Shown here: positions 15,383 to 31,251 of the stretch, in pieces
How the letters are laid out: each line of letters opens with the position of its first letter
Position numbering within the stretch: position 1 is the stretch's first letter
Assembly: GCF_009914755.1 (NCBI RefSeq)
Contig: NC_060936.1
Strand: one strand, 5' to 3'
Length of the DNA: 64,000 bases
Source of the DNA: the human T2T-CHM13v2.0 reference genome, Homo sapiens
The notes under the pieces: generated by a model
What the model saw: only the letters and a program-made list of their open reading frames with translations
What the model was told of the DNA's origin: nothing
Database searches by the model: none
Program-made: the position numbers and the translations under genes

Positions 15383-15454
15383 GTACATTACAGGAATATC
15401 AGAAGAGAATGAAAAAACTAGATCAGCAGTACAAAGAGAGGATACGGAATGCAG
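15383..15454 (+). CDS. SUDS3: SUDS3 exon 4 ([24 protein letters not shown])
   Basis: atcag| acceptor, G|GTAAGG donor, 72 nt. Confidence 0.96.
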
Positions 15455-16769
15455 GTAAGGCTCCTTTAAATGGCAATGAATCATCTTTCAATGTTTGACC
15501 ATTTGCCGATCGTCGGTGTAATGCAGCCCTAAGAGCTATTCTCCAAAACATATCCCAGATACTCTGTCAGGGAGAGTTTTCAGAAAAGAGACTTCCAAGC
15601 TGCAGTTATGGAAAGTGGTTTCATCTTCTGCTTCTGTTGCTAAGGAATGGCCCAGAAGTGGAGGGTGTCTGAGGAGGCTCCTTGGAGTTAGGTTGTTCTC
15701 CCTGGTACCCCAAGAGTAGTCTTGCACCCTCTTGCTCATTTCTGCATGGCTGGCCTGATGTACAGTCAGAAGTGCGGATGAGGAAAAGGATTGTAGGTTG
15801 TTTTTGTCCCATTTTAAGTTTTTTTTTTTGGTATTTTGTGCTAGGATTGGGGAGGGTCTTCTTGTTATTTTCCCCAAGTATTGTTTTTATAAGAATTTAG
15901 AGAAAACGCACACTTGATTAGTTGTATACAGTAAATGTATTCATTCAACAAAAATGAATTGAGCACCTGCTACATCTAAGCACTGCGAGCAATATAAAGT
16001 CATGTAACACATTGCTTTGACTTTAGGACACTTGGTGTTTCATTGACAAAAGATACCACATGTATAACGTGTAAAGTTAAGGAACACCGAGTTAAAGAGC
16101 CATGCAGAAAGTAAGATGTGACAACTGTTTAAAGTGTGTAAACATGGATTCCTGAGGTTACAGGAAATCGCGTGTATGTGTTGAATTTTTAACGCTCATC
16201 ATCAGCCAGCAGTTTGGGTGCCAGCAGAGTCCTTGTTCCTGCGATGGTAGAAGTAATGATGGGTTTTAAAATGAGGGTTGGGTGCCACTCCTCATGCTGC
16301 TGTCATCTTTCATTCTGGGCCAGTGACTCTCCAACGCTTCACTGTGTCTCCTCAGTGAGAAGCTGCCCAGTGCACACCAACAGAGAGAAAAGGGGTTGAA
16401 GTGTGGGTGGGCGCTGAGAAAGTGGAGCCCCAGCTATTAGCTGTCTGCCTTTCCACCTTCTACCTCTCCCTGCTGTTACCCCCTTTCTACTCTGAGTTCC
16501 TGAAGCACCTCCTTGAGATGTCTTGAAAATCCTCAACCGGTTGCTCTTCCTAGACTTCCCTTTTAGCAGATAAAGGAGGTGGCATTTGTGGAAGGAGGTC
16601 CTGCCTCCTCACTTTAGATCTGATCCTTTAAGCAGAATATTTGCTCTTGAAACCTCAATTTCTCCATCTGTAGAGGGGAATATTAATACCTCATGGAACT
16701 GGCATAAGATGGAAGTAAGGAAAGAAAATGGATGTGAGTCATATTTCTGAAGTTAGAACAGCAGAGTGA

Positions 16770-17124
<355 letters not shown>

Positions 17125-18135
17125 CTCATGTGTTCTTTCACATTTCTCTCTCCTAGGTAAAAATGCAGAAGAGCTCCTAAATCAGTCACGACTTGAGCTT
17201 TAAAAAGCACATTCTTTTCAGAGATGATCCACCTGCTTTAGTGGTGTCTGGCTGCTTTAACTGAAACAACTGCCACCTCTAAGTGCTAATTGTCATTTTG
17301 ACTTGGTGCAAGGCATGATTTCTCGGAATGGCACAGGACTTCAGCTGTCTGGCCCACTTGTGCATGGTACAGATCTGAAGCTGTTATAGGAATGATCACA
17401 TTGGGTTGGGTGTGCCTGGGTTCCTATGCCCAGCAATTCCCAGTGCCAAAGTGGGTAGGACTTCTGGGGGCTAAAAAATAATGAGTGGCTTGTCCCTTTC
17501 CTCAGTTAATTTTCTCTGTCAACAACTGTTAACATCTGGGCTTTTAATCTGGGGTTCCTAGAACTGTCAGAATTCTGTGGAGTTTGTATATGTGCTTTGT
17601 TCTGGGGAAGGGGTCCATAGCATTTGCCAGGTTTGCAAAGGGGCCCCTGGTAGACTGAGAATAGCACACCCTGGAGAATCTTTGTGGACTGTACGCACAG
17701 CCCCCTGTCACCCAGGAAAGAGTAGAAGCCATGGAGCAATTTTGCTTCAAGTTGCGGGTTTGTAGACAGGTTTGTGCTCTATTGTAAATCTAGTGGTGAG
17801 GGGAGCTGCTAGGTAACAGTTACTAATCATCCGGCACATGGTAGGTGCTAACTAAGTTGTTGAGTGCTGTTAGATGGGTGCTTTAAGGCATCTGAAGGGC
17901 ATGATGTGTGAAGAGTCAGCAGGAAAGGCCTCAGGAGGGGGCTGCATTCAGTCAGGAACTTGGGAATGTGAATAGGAGGTCAGAGGGCATTGCAGGGACA
18001 GACAGCGTGAGCAGAGCTTGGTGGCCTGACAGTGAAGCCCCAGGTGTCCCTGGAGCCTCTGTCCTATGGATTATCTGTGGAGGTCCTTCCTTACCACATA
18101 TAGCCCTTCATATAGTGCTTTAAAAAGGAGGTCCT

Positions 18136-18584
<449 letters not shown>

Positions 18585-18781
18585 CTTTAAAACATCACAT
18601 CCACTCTGTTTCTGGAGTAATTGCATTATTTCTTCTTGACCCATCCTGCCACTGTGGAGACTGTTGGCGGGTGGACTGAGTGAAAGATGGGATAAGTTTA
18701 TTTTGCCAGGGGAGTTTGGTTCCTGCTGCACGTTTTTTGCCCTCAGGCAGAACTGCCACAGCTGATATGTTCAGGGCCACA

Positions 18782-18999
18782 TTTTTTTTTTTTTTTTTGA
18801 GACCAGGTTTCGCTCTGTCACCCAGGCTGTAGTACAGTGGCACAATCTCAGCTTACTGCAACCTCTGCCGCTCAGGTTCAAGTGAGTCTCCTACCTGCCT
18901 CAGCCTCTCGAGTAGTTGGGATTACAGGCGCCTGCCACCATGCCTGGCTAATTTTTATATTTTTAGTAGAGATGGGGTTTCGCCATGTTGGCAGGCTGG
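18782..18999 (-). mobile_element. 5'-truncated Alu
   Basis: TSD CAGGG(C/T)CACATTTTT. Confidence 0.9.
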
Positions 19000-19195
19000 C
19001 AGGGTCACATTTTAACTAGACTTGAGTACTTGTCATGTCCTTTCCCTTCGTGTATATCAACATTTCACTGATGAAAACATTTGCTTTGTAACATGCTTTC
19101 AGAAAGCAATTACTGCTTCTAAATGAATGCTAACATCACTGTCTAGAAAGGTGGCACAGCCTAGCAAATCTAATTGCACTTTTTATCTCTTGCAG

Positions 19196-19215
19196 AACTC
19201 TTCCTCCAGCTGGAA
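19196..19215 (+). CDS. SUDS3: SUDS3 exon 5, 20-nt microexon (ELFLQLE)
   Basis: CTAAT branch site, pyrimidine tract, tgcag| acceptor and GAA|GTAAGT donor. Required to keep the frame. Confidence 0.95.
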
Positions 19216-20394
19216 GTAAGTACCACGGATCTTCTGGGTTTGCAGGCCCTGTCTGAGACTGGAATCTTGCAGTCCTGATCTGGTGGCTTTTCCTTCTATC
19301 ACCAAGTAGATAGTTTGGAAGCCTTCACCACTGTTCTGTTTGACTTAAGGACATTTGGTCTCAGCTCAGACATCCTGTCTGGTCATTTGTTGTTGCGCAG
19401 CCTCTGCTTATCACAGGGGAATAAGGAATACTCATCCCTAACTGCTTATTGACTTCTATCCCGTGTTAGAGCTGTTTGGAAGTCTCTGAGTTATAACGGC
19501 CTAATAGTTTGATATTGGTCCTTGAAGCAGTTCAATCTCTGAATTGGCTCAGCAGTTCTGTTTTACAGCTGCAACTCTCTGGGCCAGTAAAAAAAGACAG
19601 ATTTCTAATTTTTCCTTTCATTCCATGGACACCTGAGTGCTGGTTCTGTGTCAGACTCTGTGCTGTGATACAGAGATGAGGGCCTGAATCTTGAATGATG
19701 TACTGCTCCCAGAGTGGCTAGCATGTGTGTGGGGGTTACTTTTTGAGAAAGTCATGGTTTTTCAGAGCCACATTATTGGAACCCAGTTTCCTTAAATCAG
19801 TGTGGTGCCCATAGTCACTCAGCCAGAAGGATCACGTGATCAGCCTGAAGGTACACTCAAGTGAGGTACTCACATCCTTAGCCCACCATAGGCCCCTATG
19901 TCAGTCACCACAATGGCGAGATTTGAAAAGCGGAGGCATATACAATTTTTGTCTTAGTATAATATCAATATATGTATACTTTGGGGTTCAGGCACTTACT
20001 AAATGTTGTTCCATTCTTTTGTCTTGCTGTATCAAAAATAATAGTAACTTTTTGAATATACACAATTTATCTAGAATCTATTTTCCTTTGAAGCTGTAAC
20101 TTTATGAGCGATTATTTACTACCTTTGAGAAATGTGTTTTAGTATAAAATATAGGATGTGGAAGCGAAAAAATATCTGGGTAGCAAGTGAGGTGTACTCA
20201 AAAATAAGCAAAAGTCACATGGGTCTGATTTTATACCCTCGCTGGAAAGCTTGTTCTCAGACACACTGTTACTGCAAGTGTGTGTGAGGGGGAAACTCTC
20301 ACACACTTTGCAGTTGAGGACAGGGCTAGACTTTGAGTTGGAGCCCTGGCTCCCAGGGCTGTGTACTCCCAGCCCGTGTTTCTCTTTTGCTCAG

Positions 20395-20551
20395 ACTGAA
20401 CAAGTGGAACGAAATTACATTAAAGAAAAGAAGGCAGCAGTGAAAGAATTTGAAGACAAGAAGGTTGAGCTGAAAGAGAACCTGATTGCTGAGCTAGAAG
20501 AAAAGAAGAAAATGATTGAAAATGAAAAGCTGACAATGGAACTGACTGGAG
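20395..20551 (+). CDS. SUDS3: SUDS3 exon 6 (TEQVERNYIKEKK...KLTMELTG), coiled coil
   Basis: ctcag| acceptor, G|GTAGGA donor, 157 nt; within ORF 20251-20604. Confidence 0.97.
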
Positions 20552-22907
20552 GTAGGAAAGCCCTATGGGGTGGGATCTTGGGGGCCCTGAGCGGGGGGGT
20601 GTGAAGGGCTGTTCCAGTTACTTTTGTCTTACATTTCAAGAGCAGAGCAAGGTGGAGAGTGGGTTTTGACCTCATAGATCAGAGTTCCTCCTCCACCTTC
20701 TATTGGCTGTGTGACCTTAGTCAAGCTGCTTAACTTCTCTTTTCTCCTCTATGAAATGGGGCTGATCATACCCTCTCACAGGATTGTGGTTAGACATATG
20801 AGTGCCTAGTACAGTGTCCTGTGCATAACAGATGTTCAATAGTTGCTAGACCTTTAATAGTAATTGCAAGCTCTGGCTTAGACTCTACTTAATTCCTGGG
20901 TCTGCTGCCATTTGTATCTTGGTTATGTTCCCAAATTGCTTACGCAAGTCCCTCTGTGGTGATGGGAATCCCTCGCTTTGTTTTTTTCCAGTCTGCCTTA
21001 ATTACAGAAAAGGTATTGTCTCCCTTTGACCTAGATGTAAGAACAAAGGCTTTTGGCTATATCCTCTATGCTATTAGATCTCTCCTGCCAGGTGTTACTG
21101 AACATTTCAGAAAGATTTGATATGATTCCAACAGGATAGCCAAACTGAACTAGTTTCCCATAAAGGTAGGAAAGTTACATGAGACTCAGAGCCAATGCCT
21201 TTCTAACCTTCTAGAATTTAGTAATCCACATATGGGAACTCAGCAGGTTGTAGGCAGGTTTCAGGGAGAAACAATATGGGCCAACTCTTCTGTTGCCATA
21301 TGTAGACTGATGATTCCTAGAAGGATACAGGGAATTGGCTTGAACTAGCTATTTTGGAACTTGGCAAATACTGCAAGGCAAGTCAGTGGTGAGTTTGTCA
21401 CTTGGATATGGAGGTGGCATGCCTTTCTGTACATCCCCAAATTTAACTCTTACAATTCGGAAAGTGCTGGGGCTCTGGTGTGTCTGATTTTAGCAGGGTT
21501 CTGTAGGAAATGCATGCAGTGTTTTTGTGGACGTTCTCAGGGCTGACTTTGAAATTAAAAGTAGCCAGTTAAGATCTTTGTTCCCCTCTATATATTCCTG
21601 GTGCTGTGAACCAGCTTGGCCTTCTGACTGACACAGACTTCTGGCTCCAATCCTCATGATACACTTAAGAGAATGTGGTTGTGCCTAAGGTGGGGTCTGA
21701 CTTTTGAAAAATCTCTCTTCTGTTAGCTTCCTCATAGAGAGAGTTGGCAAAAGAAATGAGCTCCTTGAAGGCCTCTGAAAGCAGCTCAGAAATGTTTTTT
21801 TGTGAGAATGGATGCCAAAACAGCAGCTAACAGCAGCTTCAGGCAGTATAGTCTTGTTCTTGTGAAAGTGCTTATTTAATGAGACCAGTAGCACCGTGGT
21901 ACCTTATCTGGTACCAGTCTGCCTGCCGGCTTTTGGACCTGCACACCATTTTCTCTGACAGTGGCTGTGACTGGCATTGATGCCTCATTGTTCTCTGCTA
22001 GAGCCACCAGATGTTTGGGAGCCTTCATTAGGCTAGTGGGAAATATTATCCGTTTACAGCTGCTCCCTTTCCGTCTGTGGGGAACGGGTATCATCACCTT
22101 ACCTGTGATTTGGCGTCCTAATTATTGACAAGCGATAGACATTGTTTGGCCAGGCAGTTTTACAGCCAGAATCTTAACTGGGACAGGAGGCATCCTCAGT
22201 GACTTGAGGCTGAGCCTGCCAGGGTAGAAAAGACAAATAAATGTAGGGAAATCATTTGTAACGCAATAAAATAGATTACAGAAGTGTTTAAAGCTAGCCA
22301 TGGGCATTAAAGGTATGGATGTCCTTCCTCAGGGCACCTTTGATACCCTTGGTATGGAAAGCACTGCCAAGGTAATGATGGAGTGTTGGAAGACAAGGTG
22401 CTGGAGCTAGAAGGGTAATTAGCATTTCCACAGATGGCGCTGCTATGGTGTTGGATTAAAGGCTTGATTTCATTCCTCTAATTGAGTGACTTAGTTCATC
22501 TTTGTGGATTGATGCCCAATATCATTGTTGCCCAGCTCTGCCCTGAAAAATACTTTTTAAAGTCTCCTTTTTTGGTTCAACATGAACGTCTCTTGAAAAG
22601 CAAAGTAGGATAAGACGCTGATGAGAAGCTTAGTCTAAATAACCCACTGGAAACGGGTGTATTTGGCGACCTGCTCTTTCCCACCATGACTTAAAGCGTT
22701 TATAAACCTCCATAGGAATTGGCAGGATGTACTGTTCACCGCCCAAACCTCTTGTGGAAAACTGGGTTGTTCAGGTAGAAATGAGTAACTGTACATAGAG
22801 AAGCTAGGAAGAATTATAGGTCAGTGCATCCCAACTTCAATGTGTTAGGTCAGTGGGGTCTTGATAAAATGCAGATTTTGTTTCAGGGGCTTTGGAGTGG
22901 AGGCTGA

Positions 22908-25822
<2,915 letters not shown>

Positions 25823-28489
25823 TTATATCCCATTTTTTAAGGATGACCCTTTGAATCACTGCAATTAATATTTTTCCCAATAGATAAATATGAGCTTGTT
25901 TTAATAGTTAAAGTATGTTGCATTGAAGCTTTTCCTGCCGTTGTACACTATAGGCAGGTATGCTGTTGGAAATGAATGAATGGGCCTAGAGAAGTGCACA
26001 GCAAAAGGCCAGCCAGTAAACTGGTAATTGTATGTAAATTGCAGGTAATTAATTTATCAAGAATATCTCTCCAGAGGGACTGTGCTATAATGACTCTACC
26101 ACCTAGCATTGCTTCAACCTGAGCTCCCATTTTTTAGATGTCGGAATCTGTGCTCCCTGTGGTGAGGGGTGAGGGGGTTCCTGTATCCATCAGGTTTCCT
26201 AGTGAGTAGAACAGGAGGATTTGCACTATTAAAAGTCATATTGCAGGGTGGTTTGGAGAGGAGTTATATGCCTAGTCTTGTTGCTTGTTTGATGTTTTTT
26301 CTCACATAACGCTCTCTCAAGTCTGCTTTAAGTGCTTGATGTTTAATGATAAAATAGTATCTCCACTGAAGCAAACCTATGAGGAGACCTCTGGATCAGA
26401 GAGGGTTTCTAATTTCAGCCAGTTCGAGTTTTTTTATGGTTGGTGCATGATGTCGGAGAGGAAGCCTGACTGAATCCCTGCTCAGGTGTCTTCTCTGGGG
26501 TTGTCACACCCCAGGGTCTGAGCTTCAGTTCTGGAAGTTTGATTTTTGTCAGTGTAGCCAGATTGAGCGTCTTGGGACTCTTAGAGTCCCAGTCATAGGA
26601 GATTGATGGTAAAACTCAGGATACCAGCTCGTTGCTTACAGTGAGAAATAGAACTTCCAGGTGCACTCAGACCTGGGTTGTCAGACTCCATCCTTCTATG
26701 AAAAATCCACCGTAAAAGCCAACTAGACCAACCTGGCGTTGGAGCAAGGTGACTTAAGTGGATAATCTTACTGTGTCTGTTGGGGCTGTGATACATGTTG
26801 ATCATGGCCTCAAATCATGTTTTCCACCTGGGCTATTGGCCAGGACTGCTCCCTTCTGTCTCCTCTTTCCTAGATGGAGATGGAGACATGCTGATAAGTT
26901 TTAGGGGCTTCTCCAGAGTCTCTTCCTTCTGCAAAGCAGTCTTTTGGATAAAATTAATCAGATTGTTGCTGTGACCAGGCTAATAAAATAGATTTTTTTT
27001 TTTTTACCATTTCATAAGAATTTGATTGTATTTTTTGGTTTGTAAGTGATACAGTTATGATTTTCAGAGTTCAGTGGCCGTGATTGGCCTTTACTTGGCT
27101 TACATCCATCATGCATTGTCCACCCTCCCCACTCCCCAGTCTTGGCAGCCTGTGGAGCAGAGCACACTCAGCCACTCTCTTTGGCAGACAGAACATTCCA
27201 TAATGTTCATGGGCTATGTGCTTTTCCTTTGGTGCTCTCTTGGGTTGGGTGAGCTCCCTTTACACTTTATTTTCCAAATTAGGTGTCAGTGTTGCACAGC
27301 CTCACAGTTGACATCAGCTGCTTTCGACTATGTAACTTTTTTTCAGCTCTTTGTGCCTTGAGTTTTAAAAAGGATCTTTGTATAGTTTTTTCCTGCCTGA
27401 AAATATAATAATAAAAACTAGCATTGATAGAACTCCCGTTACGCCAGGCACTGTGCTAAGATTTCACACATATCATCACATGTAACCCTCACGGCGCACT
27501 GTGGGGGAGGCATTATTGATACTTCTATTCTCTAGATGAGGACACGTGAGACATACAGCACTTACAAACCTGTGTTAGGTCACACAGCCGTTGCAGGGAT
27601 TCAAACGCACGTTTGTGTGACACTCCAGCTCTTAACTGTGGTGCTGTGTCACTGGCCAGTAACTAACTGGAGAAGGGTGGCACCTCAGCATAGGATAGGA
27701 GATTTCTTTTAGGGAGAAGCCTTCACCACTTGTTTCTGGTGTGTGTGTGTGTGTGTTTATACTTCCAAGTACACTTTTATAAATATTCATTAGGGCTTTG
27801 GTTCTTATTTTACCTCTATTCCATTCATAGGAAAAAAATATTTAATACTGCCCATTTCTCTTAAGAGCAACATGCAGAAGCCTTTTTTTTTTTTTTTTTT
27901 TTCAAATTTTCTGTGGCACATGTATGACATGCTCTAAGATCCTGCACACTGCTTGGTAGAATTCCCTGAAGCTGCCCTGCCTGTTCTGCTGATTGTGTGC
28001 ATAATCACAAATTAACTTCCTCCCATGATCAGACTTGACCTCATCTACCCGTTCTGCACAAAACATTATGCACCCCTACTGTGCCAGACTATTGCTAGGT
28101 GTTGGGGTGGAATTCAGACATCCAAAGGGGTAGGTAATGACCTGTACACCGTGGCACTTGGTCTACTTGAGGTTTGTATAGATGCTCTGGTTACTTGGAG
28201 GATGGAATGAGTTTCTGCCTTTGAAACCTGTTACAGAAGGGAGAGGGTATTAAACTGACTTTCAACGGGTATTATGTAGGAGTTTGCTGGGCAGAAAAGA
28301 GGAAGCTAGACAGAGGAGAGCCATGCAAAGGCTTGAAGGCGTAAAGTCTGGTGCCCTTGGGTAACAGGATAGCTAAAGGCTTGCACACGGTGTAAGCGTG
28401 AATGAAGAAGAAGGGAGGAAGACCAGAAATGAGGCCTGGCTTATATCCTGTGGAGAGTGGTGAGCCATTGAAATATTTAGTAAGAAGAT

Positions 28490-28956
<467 letters not shown>

Positions 28957-29927
28957 TCATGCCTGGATGAAGGAAGACAAGTCACAGATGCAGATTTGTT
29001 CTCGCATGGAAGGAGGGATAGATTGGATGTCCCTGAGATACAGGAAAAGAAGCAACCTTGGGAGAGGAAACGAGGAGAACTGAGTTTTTGTGGGGCATGG
29101 AGAATGTGTGGTGTCAGGTATCTATTGCCATTCAGAGGGATGTGTGGAGCTGGAAGTGGTGATTGCAGATTGGTTGGGATACAGTCTGAAAGGAACTGAC
29201 TGGACCCCAAAGATGATCAGTATTCAGGGAGCAGACAAGCGAACCCCGAGGAGGCAGGTTCACCTCCTTGTGCGCCACCTCTTGGGAGGAGCTATTTGAA
29301 GGCGTGGGGAGTCAGCAGCAGTGTGAGACCACAGAGAGGAGTGAAGAAGAAGGGAAAGAGGCTTTTATTGTGAGCCCTCATTGTGTCATCTTGATAGTCA
29401 AGTAGCTACAAAAGGTTATAGAGAAAAAAAATCCGAGTCTGTAAATGAAAACTTCGTATAAAAATGTTGGCACTGAGGCCAGTGGCCTCTAAAAGAGCCT
29501 TTCATACCAATGGGCTTCAGCACACCCACCCTCTTTGGGAGCTGCAGAAATTAGTCAGCTGAGATGACCTTCAGGTTCCTTCCTATCCCGAGAGCCTGTG
29601 ACTCTGGGCTTCTTAATTTGAGGGAGAGGAGGAATATCCCCTAGGTTTTGAGGGTGCTGGAGAGATGCCCACAGTGGCTGTAATGCTTGACGGTAGGGCT
29701 GCATTTCTGAGAGGGGTGTGCACTTAGGGCAGCTGGTCTGAATCTTACAAGTATAAACGCTTTCTAAAATCTAATGGGGTGTCTGGCTACGACCATGTGT
29801 AGAACAAACACCCCCAGTAAAACAGTTCTGATTGGGTGGCTGGGGGGCAGATATTCTTATACTATAGAAATTCTTACTGACTTCAAGTGGGAGTTGGATA
29901 GATTTACCCATTCCATTCTTGCCACAG

Positions 29928-30023
29928 ATTCTATGGAGGTGAAACCTATCATGACCAGAAAGTTGCGGAGGCGACCAAATGATCCCGTCCCCATCCCAGA
30001 CAAGAGGAGGAAACCTGCTCCAG
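29928..30023 (+). CDS. SUDS3: SUDS3 exon 7 ([32 protein letters not shown]), basic NLS-like region
   Basis: cacag| acceptor; ends at G|ATATCC (U12-type donor); 96 nt. Confidence 0.95.
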
Positions 30024-31027
30024 ATATCCATTTACATCAAGCCTTAACCGCCTTTCTTTTTTAAGACTGTGGAATCCTATGTTTATCCGTTTGCTAGGGT
30101 ACACATGGCCGTTGTCCTACAGAAAATAGTAACATTTAACTGGAAAGCGTGTGTTAAATGTTTGTCCACAGGTCAGGGGTTGCTCATTTTATCATGGTAG
30201 TCCTCATTTGCTACTGCTTTTGGTGGGAGAGATGTATAGAGTTGTGATTTGGAAAGGTGCTTTGCATGCAAAGTTCAGCCTGGTTTTAATGCTAACATCA
30301 AGATTCAGGGGCATCTGAAAACTTGATGTGCCTTAATTTTTTCACCTGTAATTTTCCACCTTCCAACTGTAAAATGAAGGCAGTAATATCTACCTTTATG
30401 TACCTCTGTTATCTATGTCCATAATGTAGTGGATTGCAACCTGTTTTTAAATTAAAGCAAATGAGATTTCAGTCAGACATAAAGCAGCCCTTTAATCATA
30501 AAAATGGTAACGGAAACAGGAAAGATGGAGAAGCGTTGTTTCTGTTCCTTTCGAGGAGATGGTGAATAGCTCTCTGCCCAAAATGGCTTAGTCATTTGTG
30601 TACCATCAGGAAAGGGCATAACTTCAGGTTGCTTCTCCTTCACAACAGGAGTTAAGTTGCTGAGGGAAGATTGGCCTTACCTTGGGTGAGTGTGTGTGGA
30701 AGTCTTTAGATCTTTGGAACAAAAGCGCTTTATACATTCATGATGAAATTCTTATTTTACTGTTTCCTTTGCTGTGTTATTGTAGATGCCTAATGAAGCT
30801 CATTCCACCTTCTCATCCTAGCAGTGGGGGATGTGAATTCTTTTATGTATTGAAGTACCATGACATTTAGTAGGAGAATCATAAATTTCTAAGAAGCAAA
30901 CTGTTACTGTAGAAACATCATTTAACAAAATCATACTTTGTAAATTCTAAAATACTGGTACCATTGTGTTGATTACTCTTTGCCTGGAAACTGTACTTTT
31001 CACATACAGTCCTTTAACTCTCAACAC
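30024..31027 (+). other. SUDS3: U12-type (minor spliceosome) AT-AC intron, SUDS3 intron 7
   Basis: 5'ss ATATCCATT, branch site TCCTTTAAC at 31010-31018, terminal CAC at 31025-31027. This junction restores APAQLNYLL. Confidence 0.93.
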
Positions 31028-31089
31028 CCCAGCTAAACTATTTGTTAACAGATGAACAGATCATGGAGGATCTGAGAACATTAAATAAG
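31028..31089 (+). CDS. SUDS3: SUDS3 exon 8 (AQLNYLLTDEQIMEDLRTLNK), Sin3-interaction segment
   Basis: AC| acceptor, AAG|GTACGG donor, 62 nt. Confidence 0.94.
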
Positions 31090-31251
31090 GTACGGTTTGA
31101 CTTTTTTGATTTATTTGAAAACTCAGGCTTTTGTGGTTTTCTGATTTTGTTTGTTAACATGTTACTTGTTAATCATTATGATACCTTTGACACCTGAAGT
31201 TGCACCTGAAATGATTTTCTCTAAGATTTTTTGTTGTTGTTCTTCCTACAG

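Noticed and set aside
20271-20375. Intronic H/ACA snoRNA or pre-miRNA
   Set aside because: No ANANNA hinge or correctly placed ACA box, and the stems are too short for a pre-miRNA. Kept only as a structural observation.
22426-22443. Third CTCF site (TTCCACAGATGGCGCTG)
   Set aside because: The right half matches, but the left CCASY half is out of register. Not supportable without ChIP data.
30021-30030. Mutated or missing GT donor implying a pseudogene or sequencing error
   Set aside because: ATATCC plus a branch box plus a terminal AC form a coherent U12 intron and restore the intact 328-aa frame.
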